From Guillardia theta CCMP2712 (lineage: Eukaryota; Protista; Cryptophyta): 64,000 nt of DNA. Below the pieces are notes generated by a model. That model had not been told where the DNA came from and did not search any database. It worked only from the letters and a program-made list of their open reading frames with translations. The position numbers and the translations under genes are program-made. The stretch lies in the NCBI RefSeq assembly GCF_000315625.1, contig NW_005434666.1:854748-918747 (forward strand). Direction: 5' to 3'. Positions 34,544 to 47,730 of this stretch are shown here, in pieces (within the stretch, counting starts at the first letter, position 1; every line of letters starts with the position of its first letter).

Positions 34544-35323
34544 TCAGGGTGTGGAGGGAGGAGACTCGTAGTCCTTGATGCCAGACTTCCTCGGTGACAG
34601 CAGCCCGAAGTCCCGCTTGCTCTCATCCGCCATGAGCTGCTGCACTCGCCTGACCGAGCCTCCTTCATTCGCGTAGCTGGCCCTCGTGTGGGCGGATGCG
34701 GCGAGAGGCGCAGGAGCAGAGCCGCTAAGGCTTGTAGGCAAGGACCCTACATGGCTTGCTCTCTGACGACGACGCGAGGTTGTGCGGGTGATCGTCGAGC
34801 TCGCGTCTCGAGGGCCTCGGGTCGTGCTGGTGCGCGAGGTAGCCGGGGGAGTAAGTCGAGTCTCGATCTCGCGACCGCAATGGCGCGGGAACACCTCGGG
34901 GACTGTCAGCCTGATCACAGCGTTAGAGGATGAGAGTCAAAGTACCGTCATGGATAAGGCAGGGGAGGTGGTGGAGGAAGTTTGTGGAGGGGTGTGGTAG
35001 TCTTACTGGAGGAGGTAGTGGTAGGAGAAGGACGAGGACGATGATGAGGACGAGGACGAGGAGGATGTGGAGGGCAAGGAGGAGGAGGTGGTGGTGGTTG
35101 AGAAGGTGGTGGAGGAGGAGGTGGAGGAGAAGGTGGTGGTTGTAGTGGTGATGGCGCGTACCGAGTCTCGCTCTCCTCGATCGGATCGACGACGCCTCGG
35201 GAAGTTCGACCTGCCGGTGAACTCGTGGAGCTCGGGGACGGTCTTGTGCTTGGTGTTGCTATCATCCTCTTCATTGCGCCTGCAGCATGCTGTACCGAAC
35301 ATGACGCTCTCCCCCTGCCCCAT
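34544..35323 (-). CDS. Small putative N-myristoylated/palmitoylated protein, copy A (47-nt deletion gives an early stop; possible pseudogene)
   Basis: Exon 1 MGQGESVMFGTACC...; exon 2 nearly identical to 42410-42849 in inverted orientation. Confidence 0.7.
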
Positions 35324-36035
35324 GATGCTCTATGTTGTACGTCTATTTGGTCCAAATGGCGTTCGATCGAAGAAGAGCTCTACTGAACATTTGCTTGCAT
35401 CCTTCACGTTGTGAACCTAGTGCGATTCCTGTTGATCGATGATAACACCTAACCAAGGCAAATTAGCGTTGCTCCATCCCCTCCCCTCCCCGTTCCTGTG
35501 CTTGACAGACACATCAATTCCCCTCGCCTCTATCACGCAGCTGTTTTTCCTACCTCGCTCTCTTACATGCAACTTGCTGTTGATCTCTGAACTCAAACGT
35601 TCATCCCTGCTCTTCTCTCTCCCTCTTGCGCTTCCTCCCTCCCTCACTGCTCTTCCTCCTTCCCGTTCAAATTCCGGATGTCAGCCATTTCGCAGGGATT
35701 TCGCAGGGCAATTTCCTGCAAATCTCCAACAAATTACGCCTAATGCAAGGTACATTTTCCTGCACAAAAAGGGCTCGATGCGGTCACAAACGATCGAGGA
35801 GAGTGAGGAGGAGGAGGAGGAGGAGAACGACGATGAGGAAAGAGAAAGACAGGAGCACGAGGAGAAGGACGAGGAAGGGGGGGAGGAGGAGGATGAGGTC
35901 GAGGAATGGGAGCAGGCAAGCTCGAAACGAACTTTGATTGAATTTGACATTGCAGGTCTGTAGATGAAATCGTCCGCCAGCAGAGTTCATCCTTCTCCTC
36001 CTCCTCCTGATCGGCTCTGAATCTCCGGAGCTGCC

Positions 36036-39000
36036 ATGGAAGCAAGCAACAACAGCAACGCGTCCCACAAAAGCACCATCTTGCAACAATGCTTGTTGCT
36101 CTTCCGCAAGCAGGCGATCCTGAAGCGGAGGAGCTGGAAACTGACTCTCCTTGAGATTCTGTTTCCTCTGTACGTCATCATCATCCTCGTCATCGTGAAG
36201 TCGATCAACTTCATTCCATATGAGGTACCGATGACCCTCCTCTTCTCTTCTTGCTCGCCATGTCGTTGCAATGATGTTGTCTAGGTTGTCAAGACACCAG
36301 CATCCGGTGCTCCTCCAGCAATCGATATCTTGCAGCCGCCATGGCCAAAGCCCGTCCCAGTGAAAGTTGGAGTCGTCAACACAGGAAGTGCGCTGTCTGT
36401 CATGGTTCTCAACGAGCTGTGTTTCTATCTCGGCAACGTGAAGAAGGAATACTCATCCCAGGCCTGCCCGACCGTCTTGTCCTTCGGGACAAGAGAAGCG
36501 CTTCTTGCTACGAATGGGCAGAGTTACGATCCCTCGACCAGCCTCGATTTTGGCGTCGTTGTCGACGACACCAAGGATGAATTCATGCTGGTAAGAACAG
36601 TTTGAATTTTCAAGTTTGTTCTCAGGAGTCCTTTGTCATTGTGCTGCAGGTTTATCAGGAGCTGACGTTGCGCAATGTTTCGACTGGAGATACAGACGAG
36701 GGGAATGCTGCAGAGTTTGGCCTCCTCTGGCTGCAGTCTCTAGTCAGCAGAGTCCTGATGGAGCACAAAGGAGTTCGCATTACAAGTGAAAACAACACAG
36801 AGATTTTGCTGGGTGATCTTCGCTTCAAGATGCTTTTCCAGGAATTCCCACAGCGCTCGAATCTACAGATTGTGAACTTCATCAAGATCATTTTCCCTGT
36901 CAATTTCATCATGATCTTGTTCATGAATCTGCAAGCAACCATGATTCAGGTGAACGATTGAGTACTAGTGCCCTTCTTACATTATACCTTGCAGATTGGC
37001 CAGGAAAAGGAGAAGGGGATCAAGGAGGCTTTGAGCCTGAAAGGGATGTCCCCTATATCGTTTTGGATCACATGGTTCTTGTCGGAGTCTATCATTGTGC
37101 TGGGAAGCGTGTTGGTTTCGGTATGCGGATTGTATGCTGGCCGTATCTTGGTTCATACGAACTTTGGCATCGTTTTCCTTGGTTTCTTCCTGTTTGGGAT
37201 GTCTTTCATCTGTCTCGGGTTCTTGATCAGTCAGTTAGCATCGAAGGGTCAGACTCTGTTTGTTGTCGGAGCGCTCATGCTCTTGGTGCTGTCGGGGATA
37301 TTTTACTTGGTTCAATTCTTGATGATTAACAAGGGGGTAGCCAGGCCTTTAGTGCTCTTGACCTTCTTGCTGTCTCCTGTTCCCTTTGGTCATTTCTTGT
37401 ACACGATGCTGGACGGTGAGCTCTTAACGACAGGGTGGACTTCGGACCTGAGCCCGTACGCAAATGATTGCTTCATCTTTCTCGTCGTCGATGCAATCCT
37501 CTACTTCGGTCTTAGTTTGCTCATAGACACCGTTACAAACAATCCCGAATTGAAATTCTGGAAATCTCTGCCCAGCAACACTGTACATGTAGAGGACGGG
37601 AATCGGAGCGGACTAGAGATGCGAGATGTGCATAAAACCTTTCAGGTGTGGGAGAAGAATCAGTACGGGTTCTCAGTGAGGAAGGAGATTCAGGCTGTGA
37701 ATGGCCTCAATCTCAAGGTAGCGGGGCATTGCCAAACCTGTTCACTGAGTTGATCAACTTTCCTCTCAGGTCGAAGACAACACCATCTTCTGTTTGCTCG
37801 GGCACAACGGCGCTGGGAAGACCACCAGCATGTCCATCATGACTGGCGGCCTCCTACCGGACTCAGGCTGGGCCACGATAGCAGGTCAAGATGTAGTTCG
37901 AGACAAGGCCAAGATCCGGAAGAGCCTGGGGGTCTGCCCGCAGTTCGATGTCCTCTACAGCGAGCTGTCTTGCTGGGAGCACATGCTGCTGTACGGGGGG
38001 ATGCAGGCAATGGAACATGTCGGGGTAGGGCTGAGCTGACGACGGTCATGGCAGGGGCTAGATGAGCAGCAGTGTGAGGAGGAGGCGAGGAGGCTCTTGT
38101 CCTGCCTGTCCTTGAGCAGCAAGGCTCATCAGAGGGCGGGGTACCTCTCAGGAGGGCAGCAGCGGAGACTGTCCTTGGCCGTTGCACTTATCGGAGACCC
38201 GAAGATAGGTAGGAGGGGAAGAGAGGGAGGGAGGAGGGGAAGGGAGGGAGGGAGGGAGGGAGGGAGGGAGGGAGGGAATGAAGGAGTTGACGATGCCTAA
38301 TCTCAGTGCTGTTGGATGAGCCCACCACTGGCCTTGACCCGGACAACCGTCGGAAAGTTTGGAAGCTGCTGCAAGCTCAGAAGCAGAAGAGTACCATTAT
38401 CCTGACGACTCACAGCATGGAGGAGGCAGACTTGCTCGCCGACACCATCGGTGTGATGTCAAAGGGGAAAATGCAAGTTCAGGGAACGAGTTTGGAGCTG
38501 AAGCAGGCATTCGGGACAGGATACATCCTGCATCTGCTCAAGGCAGATGGAAACATCAAGAACGAACCGATTGTAGAGTTGATCAAAAGCATCGTTGAGA
38601 GCGCAAGTCTGCACTCAAACATCCAGGCAGAGCTGACGTTCAATCTTCCTGTGGGAACCGACTCAAAGTTCCCTGAGATGTTTGAGAAGATAGAGGAGGA
38701 GAAGCAGTCGGTCGGGATCGCAAGTTACGGGCTGAGCATGACGACTCTAGAGGAGGTGTTCCTCAACCTTGCCGAGAAAGAGCGACAGGAGAACACGGAG
38801 CAGTCCTCAGATAGCGCCGAGACCAACGAAGAGATCAAGATGGAGCTAGACGGGGAGACGGAGGCGGGAGCTGGGGGTGAGATGGAAGACTTCGAATGCG
38901 AAGTTTCTTGGAAGAGGCAGATACTGGCTGTGCTGTATCAGACGCTGCAGAACTCAAAGCGATATCCTCTCTCTTACGTCCTCCTCGTCTGGCAGCCCAT

Positions 39001-41894
39001 CGTGTTCTGCCTGGTTGCAGGGCTGGTGCACCCGCTGACGAAGCCCAAGAGCCCGGAGCCCGTGAGTCTCTCCGCTGTGTTCGACCCCTTGTGACGTGCT
39101 GCGACAGGTGCTGATGGAACCTTCGGTCCTGCCAGACAAGTACAGGAATGCGATCCCATACTCGGTGAGAGGGAGAGAGGCGGGAAAGAGGACGTGGCAA
39201 GTGACAGTGACGGGCAGGTCGGGGGGACGACGTTGAATCAGACCCGAGACGACCAACTGCTCGGGTTCGTGCTGGGATCTTCGTGGCCCATACAAGGCTA
39301 TACAAGGGCGTCTTTGGCTCAGGGATACAGTGACTTCAAGATCGACGACGGCTTTTTGTCGAATGCGGTTGAGATGCTCGTTGCGCAGAACACCACAGGA
39401 AGCTTGTTGTTCAAGTTCAACCACACGATAGCATACAGCTCTAGGGTCCTCCTCTCCAACTTCTGGAACTCTTCCTCTTTTCAGACGGCTCCCCAGTCCT
39501 TTCCAGGAGGGATACGCTGCGATTATCTTGTCTGGGCGCTTCCTAGCTACCAGAACAGCTTCGGGACAGGAGGCATCATGTACTTTGTAGCGTCAGCGTT
39601 CGGGCTGCTGTCAGCCTTCTATGCGGAGGAGATGGTCAGGATCAGAGAGGTTGGAGTACCCTGCTCTGCATCAGCAGCATGATGACGCCGTTGCCGCAGA
39701 CACGGGTGAAGGAGATGCTGCTGCTGTCCGGGTTGTCGCGGAGGCTCTTCTGGTTCTCGTTCTTCATTGCCCATCACTGCCTCTTCTGGATTTCAGTGGC
39801 GATCGGGCTCATCGTAGGTGGAGGTGTGAGGCCGAAGGCGATCTAATGCTGTTTGCAGGTGCTGCGAGTCACCAGGATGGATGGGATCAGCAACAACAAC
39901 TTCCTTGGATACTTCCTGCTCAACTTCTTCACGGCCCCAGCCCTCATCCTCTACGGTTACGTCTTCTCCTTCGCCTTCAAGAAGCAGGAGACGGCTCAAC
40001 AAGCGCTTGGTGAATTCATCAATCTCACTCTCGCGCTCCCATGGGTCATCTTGGCCTTTGCTACCTCCACCAAGAACGTGCCGCTCGAAAACGCCTTGAG
40101 CCTGATCCCGGGGTTTGCGCTCTATCGGGGATACTCGATCCTCGAAGCTGCCGCTGTGGTGGGATCGCCCTTCTCCGCAAGGGACGTCTTTCTCTGGGTA
40201 ACTGGAGCTGAAGAGGAGAGCGGTGCTTGACTTGTGGTCGCAGAACAGAGAGTTGATCCAGGTGTTCATGATGCTCGTCATTGACAGCATTATCTTCCTC
40301 CTCTTCCTTACCTTCATGGAGTCCGGGCTCGCGCGAAGATTCGCCAGGTCCCTGTCCGGGACGGTTCAGTCCTCTGCGTTGATCAGCGCCGGGGAAGCGG
40401 ACGACGGCAAGGACGTGGAGCTGGATGAACTGATGCCTCCGATCGTCTCGTCCACTCGAGACTTCATCAGCACAAGTCCTATCATTGCCGACGAGCTCAA
40501 GAAGACTTACTCGGGCCATGGGGCCCCCGACGTTCGCGCTTGTCGTGGAGTCTCTTTCAAGGTCAACTCAGGGATCGTCTACGGCCTGCTAGGGTGTGTC
40601 TAATCTTCTTGCTCCTCTTCATGCTGTTCCTCGTTCTTGCTACCTCCCTGTATCCTCCTCGTGCTCGTCTCCTGCTGCCTCCTCTCGTTCTTCTCCTGCT
40701 TCCCCTCCAGTCGCCTGACAGGTCCTGCTCAGCCCCAACGGCGCGGGGAAGAGCACGATGATCTCGATGATGGTTGGAATCGAGAAGGCGGACGAGGGCG
40801 ATGCCTGGATCAACTCCAGCTCCGTCACCTTCGACCTTGCAGCTGCTCGAAGGGACATCGGCCTCTGTCCTCAGTTCGACGCTCTCATCGACAACTTGAC
40901 CGGGAGGGAGCATCTTATCATGTTCGCAATGATCCGGTCTGCGTCTCCCACCCATGGTGCAGGTGCTGATGGGTTGACAGGGGCGTCCCCCCCCGGCTCA
41001 TGAGCACGGTGGTGGAGGGAGCGATCAAGGACATGAAGCTCGAGCAGAAAGCTGGCGCCCTCACCAAGACCTACTCGGGGGGGAACAAGAGGAAGCTGAG
41101 TGTCGCCATCAGCCACGTCGCGAACCCCAAGGTTTGACATCACAATGACGATGACCCACGATGACGATGATGACATTGTTGATGACGATGACGATGACGA
41201 TAATGATGATCACGATGATAGAGATTAAGATGATGGAGATGGAGATGGAGATGACGATGACCGAGTTCGATGAGGATGAGGGAACGAGGGCGAGGACGAT
41301 CAGAGGAGAGGACCAGGATGGCGAGGACGATGACGATGATTGCAGTGCGTCTTCATGGATGAGCCGAGCACTGGAATGGATCCAGAAACCCGCCGCCACA
41401 TGTGGAACTACATCTCCAGCATCGCCAAGAAGCGAGCAGTGGTGCTGACTACACACTCTATGGAGGAGGCAGATGCTCTCTGCAGCCAGATCGGAATCAT
41501 GATTCAAGGGCATCTCAGGGCCCAGGGCACTTCCCAGGAGCTCAAGAGCAGATTCGGCAGCGGATATCAAGTTTACGTTCGCTTCCGCAATGACGAGGTA
41601 GCGAGGGACCTGGAGGACGTGCAGAAGAGACTTGGGACGCTGAGTGAGGGGCTGGTAACGGACCAGTCCTCCCCGAAGATCTTCAGGTTTGCCATCCCAC
41701 GGACAGACCTGAGGCTCGGAGACCTGTTCCGGATGCTGCTCACAATCAAAGACGACTTTGGAGTGGAAGATTTCAGGTGACGAGGACAGTGCTGCTGCTC
41801 GGTTGCTCTCCTGACTCAATTTCACACCAGCGTTACACAGACAACGCTCGAAGACGTCTTCCTTCACTTCGCCCGCATGCAGCCCTCCGACTGA
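36036..41894 (+). CDS. Full-length ABC transporter, subfamily A (TMD-NBD-TMD-NBD)
   Basis: LLLFRKQ...LLEILFP; EKEKGIKE; Walker [12 protein letters not shown] and [11 protein letters not shown]; [10 protein letters not shown]; LSGGQQRRL and YSGGNKRKL; [10 protein letters not shown] and [10 protein letters not shown]; [10 protein letters not shown] x2; TTLEEVFL and TTLEDVFL. Confidence 0.95.
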
Positions 41895-42161
41895 TGTTGA
41901 ACAGAGCTGAGCTGTCTGCCGACAAGTGCATCGCAAGTCTCCATCCCCTCCCTCATCGTTCCTTAGAGTAGAGTAACTCGTAGCGGCTGCATTTAACTAA
42001 AAATTGGTTACAGCCGGCCTCGCTCCCACTCGTCACTAACTATTAGACGTGTAGCAAATGATCCACTGCCCCCAAGTATGAGTAAACACAAAAACTGAGG
42101 CGGACTTGCAAAGTAGGCCCGTTCAAAACCTGTTACGCGTCGTATGAGCTAACGAGGCGCC

Positions 42162-42824
42162 ATGGGTCAGGGGGAGAGCTCTATGTTCGGTACAGCATGC
42201 TGCATGTGCACAGACGACAGCAACAGCAAGAGGAAGACCGTCCCCGAGCTCCACGAGTTCACCAGCAGGTCGAACTTCCCCAGGCGTCGTCAATCCGATC
42301 GAGACGAGCGAGCCTCGGTACGTGCCTCGTCTTCGTCCTCGTCCTCGTCCTCCTCCTCCTCCTTCCCTGACATGATTGTTCCTGTGCCTCTTCTCTAACG
42401 CTGTGATCAGGCACAGACCCCCAGGAGTGTTCCCGCGCCATTGCGGTCGCGAGATCGAGACTCGACTTACTCCCCCGGCTACCTCGCGCACCAGCACGAC
42501 CCAAGGCCCTCGAGACGCGAGCTCGACGATCACCCGCACAACCTCGCGTCGTCGTCAGAGAGCAAGCCATGTAGGGTCCTTGCCTACACGCCTTACTCGC
42601 CTCTGCAGCAAGACGCCGTCAGCTTCTTCTCCGGCAGCCGCAGCGGCTCTGCTCCTGCGCCTCTCGCCGCATCCGCCCACACGAGGGCCAGCTACGCGAA
42701 TGAAGGAGGCTCGGTCAGGCGAGTGCAGCAGCTCATGGCGGATGAGAGCAAGCGGGACTTCGGGCTGCTGTCACCGAGGAAGTCTGGCATCAAGGACTAC
42801 GAGTCTCCTCCCTCCACACCCTGA
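42162..42824 (+). CDS. Small putative N-myristoylated/palmitoylated protein, copy B (intact)
   Basis: MGQGESSMFGTACC, GT-AG intron about 42318-42410, then open to ...KDYESPPSTP*. Confidence 0.75.
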
Positions 42825-43099
42825 CTGACGAGTCGCCTGCTCTTGCAACAGAGAGAGCAACAGAGGGCATGCTCCTGGATACCAGATCCGCTCCCACAAC
42901 TTGTAAAAACACAACCTGCGACGCTGTACATGACGAGGATGTAGTATGAGATATTATTCTTTATTTATTTGTTTCTGCGAATTCGAAAGAGAGGTGACAG
43001 AAAGGGTGGGGGGGGGTTAGACTAAATTGTACTCTTGGCATTGATAACATTACAAGATGGGGAAAAGACAAAAAACAGGATATAACATAATGGAGAGAA

Positions 43100-44137
43100 G
43101 AAGATTCTACATCCTTCTGATCGATGGGTTGTCCAAGCAAGTCTAAATGTCGTCAGTTGAATGAAATCTCTCAAGGATCAAAACACCTGATAGCCGAAGT
43201 CGAAATGGCACGCTGGCACCTTCGCACACGCATTTTCCATGGCGGCAGGATCACCCTATGTTTACAGATGTAAACCTTTGTGATAGAAGAAGCGCCAAAC
43301 CCTTACCCTGTTGTCTTGCACGATTCTAGCGCACTCTGACTGAGTTCGAACGAGTGGTACCTCATGTACAGCACTCGAGCTTGACAGCTGAGTGTTGTGA
43401 GCCACTCCTGATCCTTTCATCTCTCGTGCGTGCTTCTCTTCAAGTTTTCGTTTTGCTTCCCAGACCTTGCGAGTTCTCGTCACAGCAAACAACCCGACTG
43501 AGATTTGATCATACCTTGTACTTCTGCAGCATAGACCGCATGGATGGGTATTGGTGAGAATCTTGACGACTTTCACTTGTTCCTCCTGATTCATCTTGTC
43601 TTTTCGGAATTCTCTGGCTATTCTGGTGATCTCGAGATTCTCGGATCGCGTCAACTCGCTTCAAGGACTGTTCCAGGATACTCTTCAGTTCAAGGATCCT
43701 GCTGCCCTTGCCCCTTGCAGCAAGAATGCGAGATACAGCCTCTGCATCGTTTTCGAGCTGCTTCTCAACATGCTGCGCCAGTTGCTTTGGAGTTTCATGT
43801 TCCCTTCCTACATCCATGCGCCTTCTGTTGCCACGAAGAAAGTTCCTTGTTGGATCCTCCTCCGTGCTACCCCTCGAGAAGATCTCGTTGTATTGATCCA
43901 GCTGCCGATTTGCAAGTTTTCTAGCTGCAGAAGAGATCTTCTCAGACTGCAGCAACGGAGTGGGAGAGAAAAGTTCCGATCGGATACTGTCAGTATCAAA
44001 TTTACACCGAGATTGATTGCCTTGCCTGCTTTCTCAAAGTTGAAATTTTGGTGTTCCGTTCCGAACGAACGTGCTCCAATTCTTGATCCCGCTCTCGCCT
44101 CATGGAATCGTGAAGCTGTTTCCTCAACTGCTTTCAT
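43100..44137 (-). CDS. Hypothetical multi-exon helical/coiled-coil protein (3' end approximate)
   Basis: Overlapping minus-strand ORFs 43808-44137, 43509-43955 and 43262-43654 can be linked by short introns. Confidence 0.5.
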
Positions 44138-45240
44138 CCGTTAGCAGAGAAAACTTGCTTTAATATACATGTTTACCTCAACGAATTGATTCTTGCTGTC
44201 AGCCAGCACACTCCCGCCTCCATGCTGGGTGGCAAAGACAACAGCCACAACAAGGCACACAGGGGATGTGAGAGGACACGATGGCCAGCTTTCTGACCCA
44301 CCCGCCACATGCTGTCCCTGCACCCTCACTGCCCTCACCGCCCATGCTAAAACCGGCCGATCGGGTGACCTGGAACGGCAATGTAACTATTTCTGTAACG
44401 TTTCATAACGGCAATGCTCTACTAGAAGTTTTATTAGTTAATGTTTTGCGAAGCTGAGGGGGGCTTGAAAGGACAAAAAATGTGGGGGTAGGGGTGGGGA
44501 AAATCGGTCGGAGTAAATTAATTGAGGGGTTCTAGGGGTTCATGTGAGTTGTATTTGGGGGTGGGGTAGTAGAAAATGAGGGTGGTGTCTAGTACATACA
44601 GGATTAGGGTGGGGGGTGGGGTAGCAAACGAAGAGTCGGGATGCTGGTTCTCAGGCTTGAGTCGCTGGGTGGCGTGAGCGGCCCAACATGCGTGCCGAAG
44701 AATCCTCCTATCGTGACGAAATGGGGAACCTTTGATGGTGAGAAGAATGATGTGCTTGCTTGTCTCCCTGTATCGCCCTCCCCATCTTGTGTCATGGCTC
44801 CTTGTCCGATTCCTCCTAGTGGCTGCTCGATAGTTGGATCGTCGTCGGGCGTTAAACCATTGCGCTGATCAGAAAATTGCATTTCAGGTTGCAATGGTTG
44901 TACAGATTGTACACCTGGAAATGATGTTGTCGGCGACTATATGCAGCAAAATGCTATTGCTGGGAGGTGAAATCTGGATAGCGTTTTGACATCAGTTGAC
45001 CGTTCTTTGACAGAGTCGCTTTCATCTAAAGTTTTGGTACATGTGTCTGCCAAGAATGAATGTGTAAAGACTTTATGGATGGATGTATACGCGTTTTATA
45101 GACGGATGGTAAACACGTAAATGCATGTAAGATTGCTTCAAGTGTGCAAAAACATGCTTCATTGAGGCAAATCATGTTGCCCTTGATCAAATCTCCACAG
45201 CATGTACAAGTGTGACAGGTCAGAGATACAAACGTAAATT

Positions 45241-46843
45241 CTATTTGTTCACAGAAAATCGAAATTCGCGCACACAGGCTGTGGAACAAAATGATTTTGA
45301 CAAAACCTCAAAACCTTGATTGGAATCGTCAAGCGGAAGCTGTGCAAGTGTGTGGCCGTACCTGAATCAAGGATTCCTTTCTGACAGACATGGCATCTCA
45401 CAGAGGATTTCTGACGTGCTTGCTCCTCTTTCTCTCTCGCGCTGATTTCTTGCTGCTCCTTTTCTCGGAGTTCCCTTTCAGCTGCTTTCTTCTCCTTCTC
45501 CTATCCCGTCATGATGAGATTATCCACGTCAGACCCAAGTTACATGTACCCTCTCTTTCTTCATCTTCTTCTTCAGTTTCTCTTTCATCTTCTTCATCTC
45601 TGCCAATGCAGCTGCTTCTTCTTCTGCTTTCTGTTGAGCAATCCTAGCCTGTGAATGGCGTTATGGTGGGCAGGGCTCACATAACAGAACCTCCTCCTCC
45701 TGCTGTCTCTTCGCCTCAAGATTCTTCTGCTTTTCTTCTTCTTTGTGCTCCAGAAAATTCTTGAGCTTGATTGCATCTTCCACCTCCTGTGCCCAACTTC
45801 ATTCACACCATCCAAGTTCCACCGGCCTTCACTTGCCTGCACTGCAGCTGCTACTTCCCATTCTTTCTCCTCCTCTTCAGCTCTCAACCTTTCAGAAGCT
45901 TGGACCGCAGCTTGCTCCAGCTCAGCTTCTTGGTTCTGCAAGGTTGTGAACAACATGCTGACGACAGGAAGGCGGTGGGACCTCACGTTGGATGTGCTCG
46001 ATCACATGGGCGCGATTACGCTCCCTCTGCGCTGCTTCTTGTCTTCTTGCCTCCTCCTGTCTTAACCTCCTGCTTTCCTGCTTCTGTCTCCTCACCTCTG
46101 CTTCTCTCTCTGCCTGCTCGATGCAGGTCACCTGACAAGGACCCCGAGCTCGTCCTGCCCCACCTGAGCTGCCAGTCGCTCTGCAACCCTGACAAAGGAG
46201 TCGGAGTCCTCTAGCGACGCGTCTCGGAGATCTGCCAGGATGTTGGAATGATCTATCAAGTCGGGAAAATCTGTTTCCTCCATGGTCCAGCCTTGCTTGC
46301 GACGCTCCCATGGGTCAACCTCGTCTTTGTCGTCGTCTATGACTACCAAACCTGGGCCTTGCCCACTAGCAGGCTCCTTCCTCACGACCTTCGAGCATGC
46401 ACGGCGAGGGTTCTCCTTTCTCCGGAATTGGAAGAGACCAAGGAGGGCAAGCGAAGCCTCCCTCCTCAAGTTCCGTGCCCTCGTGTCATCGACGGAACTC
46501 CCCTCCCCGGCACTTTGATGGCTTGCTGAAGATCGAAGGCCTCGGTGACAGAAATCCTTCCATGGAGCTGTCTTGAAGCACCTATCTCCATGCAGTGCTT
46601 GTCCAACCGCAGGCAGTCCTCGCGCGTGAGCATCCTCCGGTTGTAGGGGTTCTCGAACCTCCCTTGCGAGATCATGTACTCTGCCAGCACCTGCCCGTCA
46701 AACAAGTGCTTCTTCCCTCCCGCCATGGGCAGCCCTTTCTCATCGAGCATGGGGAGCTGGAAGGGAGGGACTGGCAGGTCTCGGAGGGGTTGCAGAGTTA
46801 TGGGATCCTCCTCCTCCTCCTCCCTCCACCATCGGTCTCCCAT
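45241..46843 (-). CDS. U-box/RING-like domain + coiled coil with UIM-like motifs + C-terminal treble-clef Zn finger (VATC-like)
   Basis: DPITLQPL...HLFDGQVLAEYMISQGRFENPYNRRML; EAELEQAAVQASE and EWEVAAAVQASE; spliced RCHVCQKGILDS/GFEVLSKSFCSTACVREFRFSVNK*. Confidence 0.7.
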
Positions 46844-47730
46844 GGATGATGATTGCGCGTCGGGTAGTTTTGCAGGACAAAAAAAGGACCTTGTCCGGCG
46901 ATCGCGAGACATGCAGGGAACAGTGCATGGAAGCAGTATAGGAGGGGAGAGGTGGAGAGGAAGGAAGGGGTTGGGAGGAAGGGATAGAGGTGGATAGGGA
47001 GAGCAAGAGGTTGAGAGAGGTGAGAGAGCGAAGGAAAGGACGAGAAGAAGGAGGGAGGGCGTGACTGAGGAGGTGGAGGCATGTGATGTGAAAGCATGCG
47101 AGTGCGAGGTCATCAGGATGGGTCGTGAAGCGGGAAAGGGAGCGAGACAGGCAGGCAGTGTCATGGAGATGTAAAGATACACCGTCAGGGTGTTGATGTT
47201 GAGGGACAAGGCAAGAACAGCAGGGACTGTCTGCGTCCTGCGAAACTTGAAGACATATCAACCTGAGAGCTTGTCAACAGAGAAGGAGCCCAGCACTACA
47301 GGCAGTGATCAGCATGGCGAGTACAGGAGGGCAAGCTCCTGCTGAACCAGCGGTAACGACCGAGAACCTTCGTCTTCGCCTTGCTCATTCTTGTACAGCC
47401 TGCAGCCGGTGCGGGACGCGCGGTTAAAGGAGCTGAGATGTTTGCTGCTCTTCCTCAGATGGCGATCTTCATGCTCATGTGAATGCACAGGAGGGGGAAA
47501 GGGGAGGAGAGGAGGAGGAGGAGGAGGAGGAGGAGGAAAGCGAGGGAGCGAGGGAGCGAGGGAGCGAGGGAGCGAGGGAGCGAGGGAGCGAGGGAGGGAG
47601 GGAGGGAGGGGGGGAGGAGCGTCTCACTCTGTCACAGAAGGAAGCTTGTCTGCGTGAGCTCAAGGCCTTCAAGATCCTTGGCGGTTGTTGATCTCAAGCA
47701 TCCCAACAAAACTTGATGCTGCTGCTGCTC

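Noticed and set aside
34519-42849. Composite transposon or TIR element carrying the ABCA gene
   Set aside because: The arms are intron-containing genes with similarity limited to ATG through 3' flank; no transposase or target-site duplication seen.
47200-47730. Possible gene fragment left of the gap
   Set aside because: Exon-like pieces exist but no consistent spliced frame or domain could be built.
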